The position numbers were made by a program, and so were the translations under genes. From the NCBI RefSeq assembly GCF_054482525.1, contig NZ_CM137006.1: a stretch of 64,000 nucleotides of DNA. The stretch is one strand, 5' to 3'. Of this stretch, positions 19,027-28,818 are shown one piece after another. The first letter of the stretch is position 1; every line of letters starts with the position of its first letter. The notes under the pieces are model-generated. The model had not been told where the DNA came from, did not search any database, and saw nothing but the letters and a program-made list of their open reading frames with translations.

Positions 19027-19065
19027 GTCAACATAACCGCTTCGGCGGTTTTTTTCGTCCGGAGA

Positions 19066-22000
19066 ATGAGTGTGGCGACATTACGTGAACTGATTATTAA
19101 AATCTCGGCAAATTCCCGGTCATTCCAGTCAGAGATCTCCCGGGCTTCGCGTATGGGGCAGGATTACTACCGTACCATGCAGAACGGAGGCCGGCAGTCC
19201 GCTGCTGCATCCCGTGAAATGCGGCGTGCACTGGCAGAAGTGACGGATCAGATAAATACAGCTAAATCTTCGGCACTGAATATGGCGGGGGCATTTGCCG
19301 GAGCTTTTGCTACCGGTCATCTTATTTCTCTCGCCGATGAGTGGAATTCAGTAAATGCCCGTCTGAAGCAGGCTTCACAGTCCAGTGATGATTTTCAGGT
19401 ATCACAACGTGAATTAATGGCAATCAGCCAGAGAACGGGAACGGCGTTTTCTGATAACGCCAGCCTTTTTGCCCGCTCTGCAGCTTCCATGCGGGAGTAT
19501 GGCTACAGTTCTGAGGAGGTACTGAAAGTCACCGAGGCGATCTCCACGGGCCTGAAATTATCCGGTGCCAGTACAGCAGAAGCCAGTTCGGTGATCACGC
19601 AGTTCAGTCAGGCACTGGCGCAGGGAGTGCTGCGCGGTGAAGAATTTAACGCTGTGAATGAGAACGGCGATCGTGTTATTCGTGCGCTGGCTGCGGGAAT
19701 GGGTGTTGCCCGTAAGGATCTGAAGGCCATGGCGGATAACGGAAAACTGACCGCCGATAAGGTTGTTCCTGCACTGATTAGTCAGCTTGGGGCGTTGCGT
19801 GATGAATATGCAGCAATGCCTGATACTGTTTCATCCTCTGCAACCAAAGTTGAAAACGCCTTTATGGCCTGGGTTGGTGGTGCGAACGAGGCAAGCGGAG
19901 TGACAAAGACACTCACCGGGGTGTTGAATGGTGTTGCAGACAATATTGATACCGTGGCTGCTGCAGCTGGCGCACTGGTTGCCGTCGGGGTAGCCCGATA
20001 TTTTGGCAATATGGCGTCGTCTGCTGGATCTGCAACTGCCGGATTAATTACTGCATCCAGAAACGAAGTGGCTCTTGCTGAAGCGCAACTTCGGGGGACA
20101 CAGATAGCAACCGCCAGGGCGCGTGCGGCGGTTTATCGTGCGCAACAGGCGGTTGTTGCTGCTCGCGGTACCGAAAGGCAGGCCGCAGCAGAAGCGAAGC
20201 TGACAGCTGCCCAGGCGTCACTTACCCGTAATATTGCGGCCAGAACAGCGGCACAGACAACGCTGAATACTGTCACGTCAGTGGGGAGTCGTCTGTTAAG
20301 TGGTGCGCTGGGGTTGGTTGGTGGTGTGCCGGGACTCGTCATGCTGGGGGCGACGGCCTGGTACACGATGTATCAGAATCAGGAGCAGGCCAGAGAATCT
20401 GCACGCCAGTATGCCGCAACAATCGACGAAATTCGCCAGAAAACGTCGGCAATGTCGCTTCCTGAAGCGTCAGATAATGAGGAAAAGACGCGGCAGGCAC
20501 TTGATGAGCAAAACAGGTTAATTGACGAGCAGAAAAGTAAGATTAAATCCTTACAGGAAAAAATTGCTGGCTATCAGTATGTGCTGGCAAACCCGGGCTG
20601 GACAACCGATAACGGTTTTATGATTAACCACATGACGTCGGTAAAAACTGTCACAGAAGGGCTTGCAGAAGCAACAAATCAACTGGCAGTTGAACAGTCC
20701 CGTCTCACACAAATGCAGGGCAAAGCGCAATCCATTCAGGATGTGCTTGCCGGGCTGGAGGAGCGACGGGTGGCGTTGATCCGTCAACAGGCCGCGGAAC
20801 AAAACAAAGCGTATCAGTCCCTGTTGATCATGAATGGGCAGCATACCGAGTTTAATCGCCTTCTCGGGCTCGGTAATGAATTACTTCAGCAGCGACAGGG
20901 GCTGGTGAATGTACCGTTACGGCTACCACAGGCAACCCTGGATGATAAACAGCAGACCGCACTGAATAACAGCGAGCGCGAACTGGCTCTGTCCCGCCTG
21001 AAGGGGGAAGCCCGTGAGCGTGCCCGCCTGGGTTATGCTGCGGATGATCTCGGCTTTGTGGGAGAGGCGTATCAGACAGCCAGACAGAATTATATCAATA
21101 CCTCACTGGATGCCTGGCGAAATAACCAGGTAAATAAACCCAAAGCGCATAAAAAGACCGAAGCGGAAAAAACAGAAGATATTTATAAACGGCTGATTAA
21201 ACAGCAAAAAGAACAAATAGCACTGGCAGGGCAGAATACTGAACTGGCTAAGATGAAATATCAGGTCAGTCAGGGCGAATTATCAACCCTGTCAGAAGCG
21301 CAGAAAAAAACGCTTTTGCAGAATGCAGCACTTATCGACCAGAAAAAGATTCGTGAGCAGCTTGCTGCGTATGAGAGCAGTCTGGCGGACAGTAATGCCA
21401 GTGCCCGGGCATCTGACGAAGCGCAGTTGTTGGGATATGGTGAAGGCTCACGGATGCGTGAACGACTCCAGGAAATGTGGAGTATCCGGCAGGCGTTTGA
21501 GCAGAAAAATAACGAGCTACTGAGACAGTATCAGGCCGGAGAAATTGAAGAAGCCCTGTGGAAACAGGAAAAATCGCTGAATGAAAAATATCTGGAAGAG
21601 CGTCTCAGCGATCAGCAGGATTATTATGCAAAGGCTGATGCTTTACGCAGTGACTGGAATGCCGGCCTCCAGGAGGGACTGACGAACTGGGCAGACAGTG
21701 CCACCGATTATGCTTCGCAGGCGGCAGATGCTGTCGTTTCCACTATGGACGGGCTGGTATCAAATATTTCCGATGCACTGGCCGGAAATGTTGTGGACTG
21801 GCGAAACTGGGGGAGTTCAATTCTCCAGGAAGTTTCAAAAATTCTGATGAACGCTGCCATCGTTAACGGGCTGAAGTCACTTTCCAAAAGCATGTCCGGT
21901 GCCGGAGGATGGCTTGGTACGGTCGGCGACTGGCTTTCCGGTGCAGTGGCAAACGCAAAAGGTGGTGTTTATACATCTGCAAATCTGAGTGCTTACAGTA

Positions 22001-22311
22001 ACACCATTGTGGATACCCCGACGTATTTTGCTTTTGCGAAAGGTGCCGGGCTGATGGGCGAGGCCGGGCCTGAAGCTATCATGCCACTGACCCGGGCAGC
22101 GGACGGCTCTCTTGGAGTCAGAGCCATTGGCAATGTGAATGGTGGCGGGGGATTTGTTTATTCTCCCGTGTATCACATCAGTATTCAGAATAAAGGGAGC
22201 AATGGCGAGATAGATACGCAGTCAGCCAGGGGGCTGGTGGATCTGATCGACAGCAGGGTTGTGTCAATTATGCAGTCATCACGTCGGGACGGAGGATTAT
22301 ACAGTGCCTGA
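19066..22311 (+). CDS. Tail tape measure protein
   Basis: 1081 aa, alpha-helical, follows the G/T chaperones. Confidence 0.85.
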   Translation: MSVATLRELIIKISANSRSFQSEISRASRMGQDYYRTMQNGGRQSAAASREMRRALAEVTDQINTAKSSALNMAGAFAGAFATGHLISLADEWNSVNARLKQASQSSDDFQVSQRELMAISQRTGTAFSDNASLFARSAASMREYGYSSEEVLKVTEAISTGLKLSGASTAEASSVITQFSQALAQGVLRGEEFNAVNENGDRVIRALAAGMGVARKDLKAMADNGKLTADKVVPALISQLGALRDEYAAMPDTVSSSATKVENAFMAWVGGANEASGVTKTLTGVLNGVADNIDTVAAAAGALVAVGVARYFGNMASSAGSATAGLITASRNEVALAEAQLRGTQIATARARAAVYRAQQAVVAARGTERQAAAEAKLTAAQASLTRNIAARTAAQTTLNTVTSVGSRLLSGALGLVGGVPGLVMLGATAWYTMYQNQEQARESARQYAATIDEIRQKTSAMSLPEASDNEEKTRQALDEQNRLIDEQKSKIKSLQEKIAGYQYVLANPGWTTDNGFMINHMTSVKTVTEGLAEATNQLAVEQSRLTQMQGKAQSIQDVLAGLEERRVALIRQQAAEQNKAYQSLLIMNGQHTEFNRLLGLGNELLQQRQGLVNVPLRLPQATLDDKQQTALNNSERELALSRLKGEARERARLGYAADDLGFVGEAYQTARQNYINTSLDAWRNNQVNKPKAHKKTEAEKTEDIYKRLIKQQKEQIALAGQNTELAKMKYQVSQGELSTLSEAQKKTLLQNAALIDQKKIREQLAAYESSLADSNASARASDEAQLLGYGEGSRMRERLQEMWSIRQAFEQKNNELLRQYQAGEIEEALWKQEKSLNEKYLEERLSDQQDYYAKADALRSDWNAGLQEGLTNWADSATDYASQAADAVVSTMDGLVSNISDALAGNVVDWRNWGSSILQEVSKILMNAAIVNGLKSLSKSMSGAGGWLGTVGDWLSGAVANAKGGVYTSANLSAYSNTIVDTPTYFAFAKGAGLMGEAGPEAIMPLTRAADGSLGVRAIGNVNGGGGFVYSPVYHISIQNKGSNGEIDTQSARGLVDLIDSRVVSIMQSSRRDGGLYSA

Positions 22312-22645
22312 GCCTGAAGTTTTTAACTGGATCCCCCGCGAGGGGATGGAGACGACACGAAAGCCATCTGTTATTACGGTAAAGTTCGGTGACGGATATG
22401 AACAGCGGCGGGCTGGTGGTCTGAATGCGGATCTGAAAACGTTTAAACCGGTGTTTCGTGTCACAGATGAATATTCCCGTGCTGCGCTGGACAGTTTTTT
22501 ATCCCGTCATGCCGGGATACGTGCTTTTTTGTGGCGTCCGCCAAAACACAACAGAACCGTCCGGGTTGTCTGCAGGGAGTGGAGTATTTCGGATAATGCC
22601 ATGTATACCGATTTTAACTGTACCTTTGAAGAGGTCACTCACTGA
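22304..22645 (+). CDS. M: Minor tail protein M
   Basis: KFGDGYEQRRAGGLNADLKTF... aligns with lambda M as recalled; GTG start at 22304 assumed. Confidence 0.75.
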   Translation: MPEPEVFNWIPREGMETTRKPSVITVKFGDGYEQRRAGGLNADLKTFKPVFRVTDEYSRAALDSFLSRHAGIRAFLWRPPKHNRTVRVVCREWSISDNAMYTDFNCTFEEVTH

Positions 22646-23343
22646 TGCAGGATATACAGCAGGAAACACTGAATGAGTGTACAAAAGCGGAGCAATCCGC
22701 GCTGGTCGTGCTCTGGGAAGTCGATCTGACAGAAGTCGGCGGAGAGCGTTATTTTTTCTGTAATGAGCAGAACGAAAAAGGTGAGTCAGTCACCTGGCAG
22801 GGGCGACAGTATCAGGCGTACCCTATTCAGGGAAGCGGCTTTGAGATGAACGGCAAAGGAGCCAGTGCAAGACCAACGCTGAAAGTCTCTAACCTGCACG
22901 GCATGGTCACCGGGATGGCGGAAGACCTGCAAAGTCTGGTCGGCGGAACGGTGGTCAGGCGTAAGGTTTACGCCCGTTTTCTGGATGCGGTGAACTTCGT
23001 CAACGGAAACAGTGACGCCGATCCGGAGCAGGAGGTGATCAGCCGCTGGCGCATCGAGCAGTGCAGCGAACTGAGCGCGGTCAGTGCCTCCTTTGTGTTG
23101 TCCACACCGACGGAAACGGATGGTGCCGTTTTTCCGGGGCGCACCATGCTGGCCAACACCTGCACCTGGACCTATCGCGGTGATGAGTGCGGTTATAATG
23201 GTCCGGCTGTCGCGGATGAATATGACCAGCCGACGTCCGATATCACGAAGGATAAATGTAGCAAATGCCTGAGTGGCTGTAAGTTTCGCAATAACGTCGG
23301 CAACTTTGGCGGCTTCCTTTCCATTAACAAACTTTCGCAGTAA
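22645..23343 (+). CDS. L: Minor tail protein L
   Basis: 232 aa, near-identical to lambda L as recalled. Confidence 0.9.
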   Translation: MQDIQQETLNECTKAEQSALVVLWEVDLTEVGGERYFFCNEQNEKGESVTWQGRQYQAYPIQGSGFEMNGKGASARPTLKVSNLHGMVTGMAEDLQSLVGGTVVRRKVYARFLDAVNFVNGNSDADPEQEVISRWRIEQCSELSAVSASFVLSTPTETDGAVFPGRTMLANTCTWTYRGDECGYNGPAVADEYDQPTSDITKDKCSKCLSGCKFRNNVGNFGGFLSINKLSQ

Positions 23344-23348
23344 ATCCC

Positions 23349-24092
23349 ATGACAGAGACAGAATCAGCGATTCTGGCGCACGCCCGGCGATGTGCGCCAG
23401 CGGAGTCGTGCGGCTTCGTGGTGAGAACGCCGGAGGGGGAAAGATATTTTCCCTGCGTGAATATCTCCGGTGAGCCGGAGGAGTATTTCCGGATGTCGCC
23501 GGAGGACTGGCTGCAGGCAGAGATGCAGGGTGAGATTGTGGCGCTGGTCCACAGCCATCCCGGTGGTCTGTCCTGGCTGAGTGAAGCCGACCGGCGGCTG
23601 CAGGTGCAGAGTGATTTACCGTGGTGGCTGGTCTGCCGCGGGGAGATTCATAAATTCCGCTGTGTGCCGTATCTCACCGGGCGGCGCTTTGAGCACGGGG
23701 TGACGGACTGTTACACGCTGTTCCGGGACGCTTACCATCTGGCGGGGATTGAGATGCCGGATTTTCACCGCGAGGATGACTGGTGGCGTAACGGCCAGAA
23801 TCTCTATCTGGATAATCTGGAGGCCACAGGGCTGTATCAGGTGCCGTTGTCATCGGCCCAGCCGGGCGATGTGCTGCTGTGCTGTTTTGGTTCATCGGTG
23901 CCGAATCATGCCGCCATTTACTGCGGCGACGGCGAGCTGTTGCACCATATTCCTGAACAACTGAGCAAACGAGAGAGGTATACCGACAAATGGCAGCGAC
24001 GCACACACTCCCTCTGGCGTCACCAGGCATGGCACGCATCTGCCTTTACGGGGATTTGCAACGATTTGGCCGCCGCATCGACCTTCGTGTGA
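23349..24092 (+). CDS. K: Tail assembly protein K (MPN/NlpC-P60 domains)
   Basis: 247 aa, near-identical to lambda K as recalled. Confidence 0.9.
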   Translation: MTETESAILAHARRCAPAESCGFVVRTPEGERYFPCVNISGEPEEYFRMSPEDWLQAEMQGEIVALVHSHPGGLSWLSEADRRLQVQSDLPWWLVCRGEIHKFRCVPYLTGRRFEHGVTDCYTLFRDAYHLAGIEMPDFHREDDWWRNGQNLYLDNLEATGLYQVPLSSAQPGDVLLCCFGSSVPNHAAIYCGDGELLHHIPEQLSKRERYTDKWQRRTHSLWRHQAWHASAFTGICNDLAAASTFV

Positions 24093-24637
24093 AAACGGGG
24101 GCTGAAGCCATCCGGGCGCTGTCCACACAGGTCCCGGCGTTTCGTCAGAAACTGAATGACGGCTGGTATCAGGTGCGCATTGCCGGGCGTGATGCAGGTG
24201 AAACCGAATTATCTGCCCGTCTTAATGAGCCGCTGGCAAATGGTGCAGTGATCCACATCGTGCCGCGTCTGGCGGGAGCCAAAAGTGGCGGTGTTTTTCA
24301 GGCGGTGCTGGGTGCGGCGCTGATTGCGGTGGCGTGGTGGAACCCCGCAGGCTGGCTGGGTGCCGCGGCTTTATCGGGCATGTATGCGGCTGGGGCCAGT
24401 ATGATCCTGGGTGGTGTGGCGCAGATGCTGGCACCGAAAGCCCGGACGCCCACGGCAGCCAGTACAGATAACGGCAAACAGAACACGTATTTCTCGTCAC
24501 TGGATAACATGGTTGCCCAGGGCAATGTTCTGCCCGTTCTGTACGGTGAAATGCGTGTGGGGTCGCGAGTGGTATCTCAGGAGATCAGCACGGCAGATGA
24601 AGGTGATGGTGGTCAGGTTGTGGTGATTGGTCGCTGA
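23990..24637 (+). CDS. I: Tail assembly protein I
   Basis: 215 aa; MAATHTLPLASPGMARICLYGDLQRFGRRIDLRVKTGAEAIRAL as in lambda I as recalled. Confidence 0.8.
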   Translation: MAATHTLPLASPGMARICLYGDLQRFGRRIDLRVKTGAEAIRALSTQVPAFRQKLNDGWYQVRIAGRDAGETELSARLNEPLANGAVIHIVPRLAGAKSGGVFQAVLGAALIAVAWWNPAGWLGAAALSGMYAAGASMILGGVAQMLAPKARTPTAASTDNGKQNTYFSSLDNMVAQGNVLPVLYGEMRVGSRVVSQEISTADEGDGGQVVVIGR

Positions 24638-24697
24638 TGCAAAATGTTTTATGTGAAACCGCCTGCGGGCGGTTTTGTCGTTTATGGAGCGTGAAGA

Positions 24698-27600
24698 ATG
24701 GGTAAAGGCAGCAGTAAGGGGCATACCCCGCGCGAAGCGAAGGACAACCTGAAGTCCACGCAGTTGCTGAGTGTGATCGATGCCATCAGCGAAGGGCCGA
24801 TTGACGGTCCGGTGGATGGATTAAAAAGCGTGCTGCTGAACAGTACGCCAGTGCTGGACACTGAGGGGAATACCAACATCTCCGGCGTCACGGTGGTGTT
24901 CCGGGCAGGTGAGCAGGAGCAGACTCCGCCGGAGGGGTTTGAATCCTCCGGCTCCGAGACGGTGCTCGGTACAGAAGTGAAATATGACACGCCGATCACC
25001 CGGACCATCACGTCGGCAAACATTGACCGTCTGCGTTTTACTTTCGGCGTGCAGACACTGGTGGAAACCACCTCAAAGGGGGACAGGAATCCGTCGGAAG
25101 TCCGCCTGCTGGTTCAGATACAGCGTAACGGTGGCTGGGTGACGGAAAAAGACATCACCATTAAGGGCAAAACCACCTCGCAGTATCTGGCCTCGGTGGT
25201 GGTGGGTAACCTGCCGCCGCGCCCGTTTAATATCCGGATGCGCAGGATGACGCCGGACAGCACCACAGACCAGCTGCAGAACAAAACGCTCTGGTCGTCA
25301 TACACCGAAATCATCGATGTGAAACAGTGCTACCCGAACACGGCACTGGTCGGCGTGCAGGTGGACTCGGAACAGTTCGGCAGTCAGCAGGTGAGCCGTA
25401 ATTATCATCTTCGCGGGCGCATTCTGCAGGTGCCGTCGAACTATAACCCGCAGACGCGGCAATACAGCGGTATCTGGGACGGAACGTTTAAGCCAGCATA
25501 CAGCAACAACATGGCCTGGTGTCTGTGGGATATGCTGACCCATCCGCGCTACGGCATGGGGAAGCGTCTCGGTGCGGCGGATGTGGACAAATGGGCGCTG
25601 TATGTCATCGGCCAGAATTGCGACCAGTCGGTGCCGGATGGCTTTGGTGGCACGGAGCCGCGCATCACCTGTAATGCCTGGCTGACCACACAGCGTAAGG
25701 CGTGGGATGTTCTCAGTGATTTCTGCTCGGCGATGCGCTGTATGCCGGTATGGAACGGGCAGACGCTGACGTTCGTGCAGGACCGACCATCAGATAAGGT
25801 GTGGACCTATAACCGCAGTAATGTGGTGATGCCGGATGATGGCGCGCCGTTCCGCTACAGCTTCAGCGCCCTGAAGGACCGCCATAATGCCGTTGAGGTG
25901 AACTGGATTGACCCGAACAACGGCTGGGAGACGGCGACAGAGCTTGTTGAAGATACGCAGGCCATTGCCCGTTACGGTCGTAACGTCACGAAGATGGATG
26001 CCTTTGGCTGTACCAGCCGGGGGCAGGCACACCGCGCCGGGCTGTGGCTGATTAAAACGGAACTGCTGGAAACGCAGACCGTGGACTTCAGCGTGGGCGC
26101 AGAAGGGCTTCGCCATGTACCGGGCGATGTCATTGAAATCTGTGATGATGACTATGCCGGTATCAGCACCGGTGGTCGTGTGCTGGCGGTGAACAGCCAG
26201 ACCCGGACGCTGACGCTCGACCGTGAAATCACGCTGCCATCCTCCGGTACCACGCTGATAAGCCTGGTTGACGGAAGTGGCAATCCGGTCAGCGTGGAGG
26301 TTCAGTCCGTCACCGACGGCGTGAAGGTAAAAGTGAGCCGTGTTCCTGACGGTGTTGCTGAATACAGCGTATGGGGGCTGAAGCTGCCGACGCTGCGCCA
26401 GCGCCTGTTCCGCTGTGTGAGTATCCGGGAGAACGATGACGGTACGTATGCCATCACCGCCGTGCAGCATGTACCGGAAAAAGAAGCCATCGTGGATAAC
26501 GGGGCGCACTTTGACGGCGACCAGAGCGGCACGGTGAATGGTGTCACGCCGCCAGCGGTGCAGCACCTGACCGCCGAAGTCACCGCAGACAGCGGGGAAT
26601 ATCAGGTGCTGGCGCGATGGGACACGCCGAAGGTGGTGAAGGGCGTGAGCTTCCTGCTTCGCCTTACCGTGGCAGCGGACGACGGCAGTGAGCGGCTGGT
26701 CAGCATGGCCCGGACGACGGAAACCACATACCGCTTCAGGCAACTGGCGCTGGGGCGTTACACGCTGACGGTCCGGGCGGTAAATGCGTGGGGGCAGCAG
26801 GGCGATCCGGCATCGGTATCGTTCCGGATTGCGGCACCGGCAGCGCCTGTCACTATTGAACTGATACCAGGGTATTTTCAGATAACAGCGGTCCCGAAAC
26901 TGGCTGTATATGACCCGACGGTGCAGTTTGAGTTCTGGTTCTCGGAAACGCGGATTACCGATATCAGGCAGGTTGAAACCACAGCCCGCTACCTTGGCAC
27001 GGGGCTGTACTGGATAGCCGCCAGTATCAATATCAAACCGGGCCATGATTATTACTTTTATATCCGCAGTGTGAACACCGTTGGCAAATCGGCATTCGTG
27101 GAGTCCGTCGGTCGGGCGAGCGATGATGCGGAAGGTTACCTGGATTTTTTCAAAGGCAAGATAACCGAATCCCATCTCGGCAAGGAGCTGCTGGAAAAAG
27201 TCGATCTGACGGAGGATAACGCCAGCAGACTGGATGAGTTTTCGAAAGAGTGGAAGGATGCCAACGATAAATGGAATGCCATGTGGGCTGTCAAAATTGA
27301 GCAGACCAAAGACGGCAAACATTATGTCGCGGGTATTGGCCTCAGTATGGAGGACACGGAGGAAGGCAAACTGAGCCAGTTTCTGGTTGCCGCTAACCGT
27401 ATCGCGTTTATTGACCCGGCAAACGGGAATGAAACGCCGATGTTTGTGGCGCAGGGCAATCAGATATTCATGAACGACGTGTTCCTGAAACGCCTGACGG
27501 CCCCCACCATTACCAGTGGTGGAAATCCACCGGCATTTTCCCTGACACCGGATGGGCGGCTGACGGCGAAAAATGCCGATATCAGCGGTAACGTGAATGC

Positions 27601-28093
27601 GAACTCCGGGACGCTCAACAACGTCACGATTAACGAGAACTGTCGGGTTCTGGGAAAACTGTCCGCGAACCAGATTGAAGGCGATCTCGTTAAAACAGTG
27701 GGCAAAGCTTTCCCCCGGGACTCCCGTGCACCGGAACGGTGGCCATCAGGGACCATTACCGTCAGGGTTTATGACGATCAGCCGTTTGACCGGCAGATTG
27801 TTATTCCGGCGGTGGCATTCAGCGGCGCTAAACATGAGAGAGAGCATACTGATATTTACTCCTCATGCCGTCTGATAGTGCGGAAAAACGGTGCTGAAAT
27901 TTATAACCGTACCGCGCTGGATAATACGCTGATTTACAGTGGCGTTATTGATATGCCTGCCGGTCACGGTCACATGACGCTGGAGTTTTCGGTGTCAGCA
28001 TGGCTGGTAAATGACTGGTATCCCACTGCGAGCATCAGCGATTTGCTGGTTGTGGTGATGAAGAAAGCCACTGCAGGCATCACTATTAGCTGA
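24698..28093 (+). CDS. J: Host specificity / central tail fibre protein J
   Basis: 1131 aa; lambda J-like size and position. Confidence 0.9.
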   Translation: MGKGSSKGHTPREAKDNLKSTQLLSVIDAISEGPIDGPVDGLKSVLLNSTPVLDTEGNTNISGVTVVFRAGEQEQTPPEGFESSGSETVLGTEVKYDTPITRTITSANIDRLRFTFGVQTLVETTSKGDRNPSEVRLLVQIQRNGGWVTEKDITIKGKTTSQYLASVVVGNLPPRPFNIRMRRMTPDSTTDQLQNKTLWSSYTEIIDVKQCYPNTALVGVQVDSEQFGSQQVSRNYHLRGRILQVPSNYNPQTRQYSGIWDGTFKPAYSNNMAWCLWDMLTHPRYGMGKRLGAADVDKWALYVIGQNCDQSVPDGFGGTEPRITCNAWLTTQRKAWDVLSDFCSAMRCMPVWNGQTLTFVQDRPSDKVWTYNRSNVVMPDDGAPFRYSFSALKDRHNAVEVNWIDPNNGWETATELVEDTQAIARYGRNVTKMDAFGCTSRGQAHRAGLWLIKTELLETQTVDFSVGAEGLRHVPGDVIEICDDDYAGISTGGRVLAVNSQTRTLTLDREITLPSSGTTLISLVDGSGNPVSVEVQSVTDGVKVKVSRVPDGVAEYSVWGLKLPTLRQRLFRCVSIRENDDGTYAITAVQHVPEKEAIVDNGAHFDGDQSGTVNGVTPPAVQHLTAEVTADSGEYQVLARWDTPKVVKGVSFLLRLTVAADDGSERLVSMARTTETTYRFRQLALGRYTLTVRAVNAWGQQGDPASVSFRIAAPAAPVTIELIPGYFQITAVPKLAVYDPTVQFEFWFSETRITDIRQVETTARYLGTGLYWIAASINIKPGHDYYFYIRSVNTVGKSAFVESVGRASDDAEGYLDFFKGKITESHLGKELLEKVDLTEDNASRLDEFSKEWKDANDKWNAMWAVKIEQTKDGKHYVAGIGLSMEDTEEGKLSQFLVAANRIAFIDPANGNETPMFVAQGNQIFMNDVFLKRLTAPTITSGGNPPAFSLTPDGRLTAKNADISGNVNANSGTLNNVTINENCRVLGKLSANQIEGDLVKTVGKAFPRDSRAPERWPSGTITVRVYDDQPFDRQIVIPAVAFSGAKHEREHTDIYSSCRLIVRKNGAEIYNRTALDNTLIYSGVIDMPAGHGHMTLEFSVSAWLVNDWYPTASISDLLVVVMKKATAGITIS

Positions 28094-28111
28094 ATTTTAT
28101 AACCCAGATAC

Positions 28112-28138
28112 GGGCGCCAGAAATGGCGCCTTTTTTAT
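28112..28138 (+). terminator. Rho-independent terminator after J
   Basis: ggcgccagaaatggcgcc hairpin followed by a T-run. Confidence 0.55.
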
Positions 28139-28160
28139 TGCAGAAAAGCGAGAGGTAATT

Positions 28161-28760
28161 ATGCGTAAATTATGTGCTGTTATTCTGTCCGCAGTAGTCT
28201 GGCTGGTTGCCGCTGGTACGCCAGCGAGCGCAGCAGAGCATCAGTCCACACTAAGCGCCGGGTATCTTCAGACCCATACTGATATGCCAGGCAGCGATGA
28301 CCTGAAGGGCATTAATGTGAAATACCGTTATGAATTTACGGACACGCTGGGGCTGGTGACGTCATTCAGTTATGCCAATGCCAAAGATGAGCAAAAAACG
28401 CATTACAGCGATACCCGCTGGCATGAAGATTCAGTGCGTAACCGCTGGTTCAGCATGATGGCGGGGCCATCTGTACGCGTGAATGAATGGTTCAGTGCTT
28501 ATGCGATGGCAGGTGTGGCTTACAGCCGTGTTTCGACTTTTTCCGGGGATTATCTCCGCGTAACTGACAGCAAGGGGAAAACGAACGATGTGCTGACCGG
28601 AAGTGATGATGATCGCCACAGCAACACGTCTCTGGCGTGGGGAACTGGCGTGCAGTTTAACCCGACCGAATCCGTGGCCGTTGATATTGCTTATGAAGGT
28701 TCCGGCAGTGGCGACTGGCGCACTGACGGTTTCATCGTGGGTGTCGGTTATAAATTCTGA
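28161..28760 (+). CDS. lom: Lom-like outer membrane protein (Ail/Lom family)
   Basis: 199 aa; signal peptide, beta-barrel pattern, C-terminal GVGYKF. Confidence 0.8.
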   Translation: MRKLCAVILSAVVWLVAAGTPASAAEHQSTLSAGYLQTHTDMPGSDDLKGINVKYRYEFTDTLGLVTSFSYANAKDEQKTHYSDTRWHEDSVRNRWFSMMAGPSVRVNEWFSAYAMAGVAYSRVSTFSGDYLRVTDSKGKTNDVLTGSDDDRHSNTSLAWGTGVQFNPTESVAVDIAYEGSGSGDWRTDGFIVGVGYKF

Positions 28761-28786
28761 TTAGCCAGGTAACACAGTGTTATGAC

Positions 28787-28815
28787 AGCCCGCCGGTTCA
28801 GGCGGGCTTTTTTGT
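28787..28815 (+). terminator. Rho-independent terminator after lom
   Basis: agcccgccggttcaggcgggct hairpin followed by a T-run. Confidence 0.55.
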
Positions 28816-28818
28816 GGA

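Noticed and set aside
25790-27322. 510-aa minus-strand ORF
   Set aside because: Lies entirely antisense within the J gene, which has a strong coding call; long antisense ORFs are expected in GC-rich coding sequence. No RBS or independent support.
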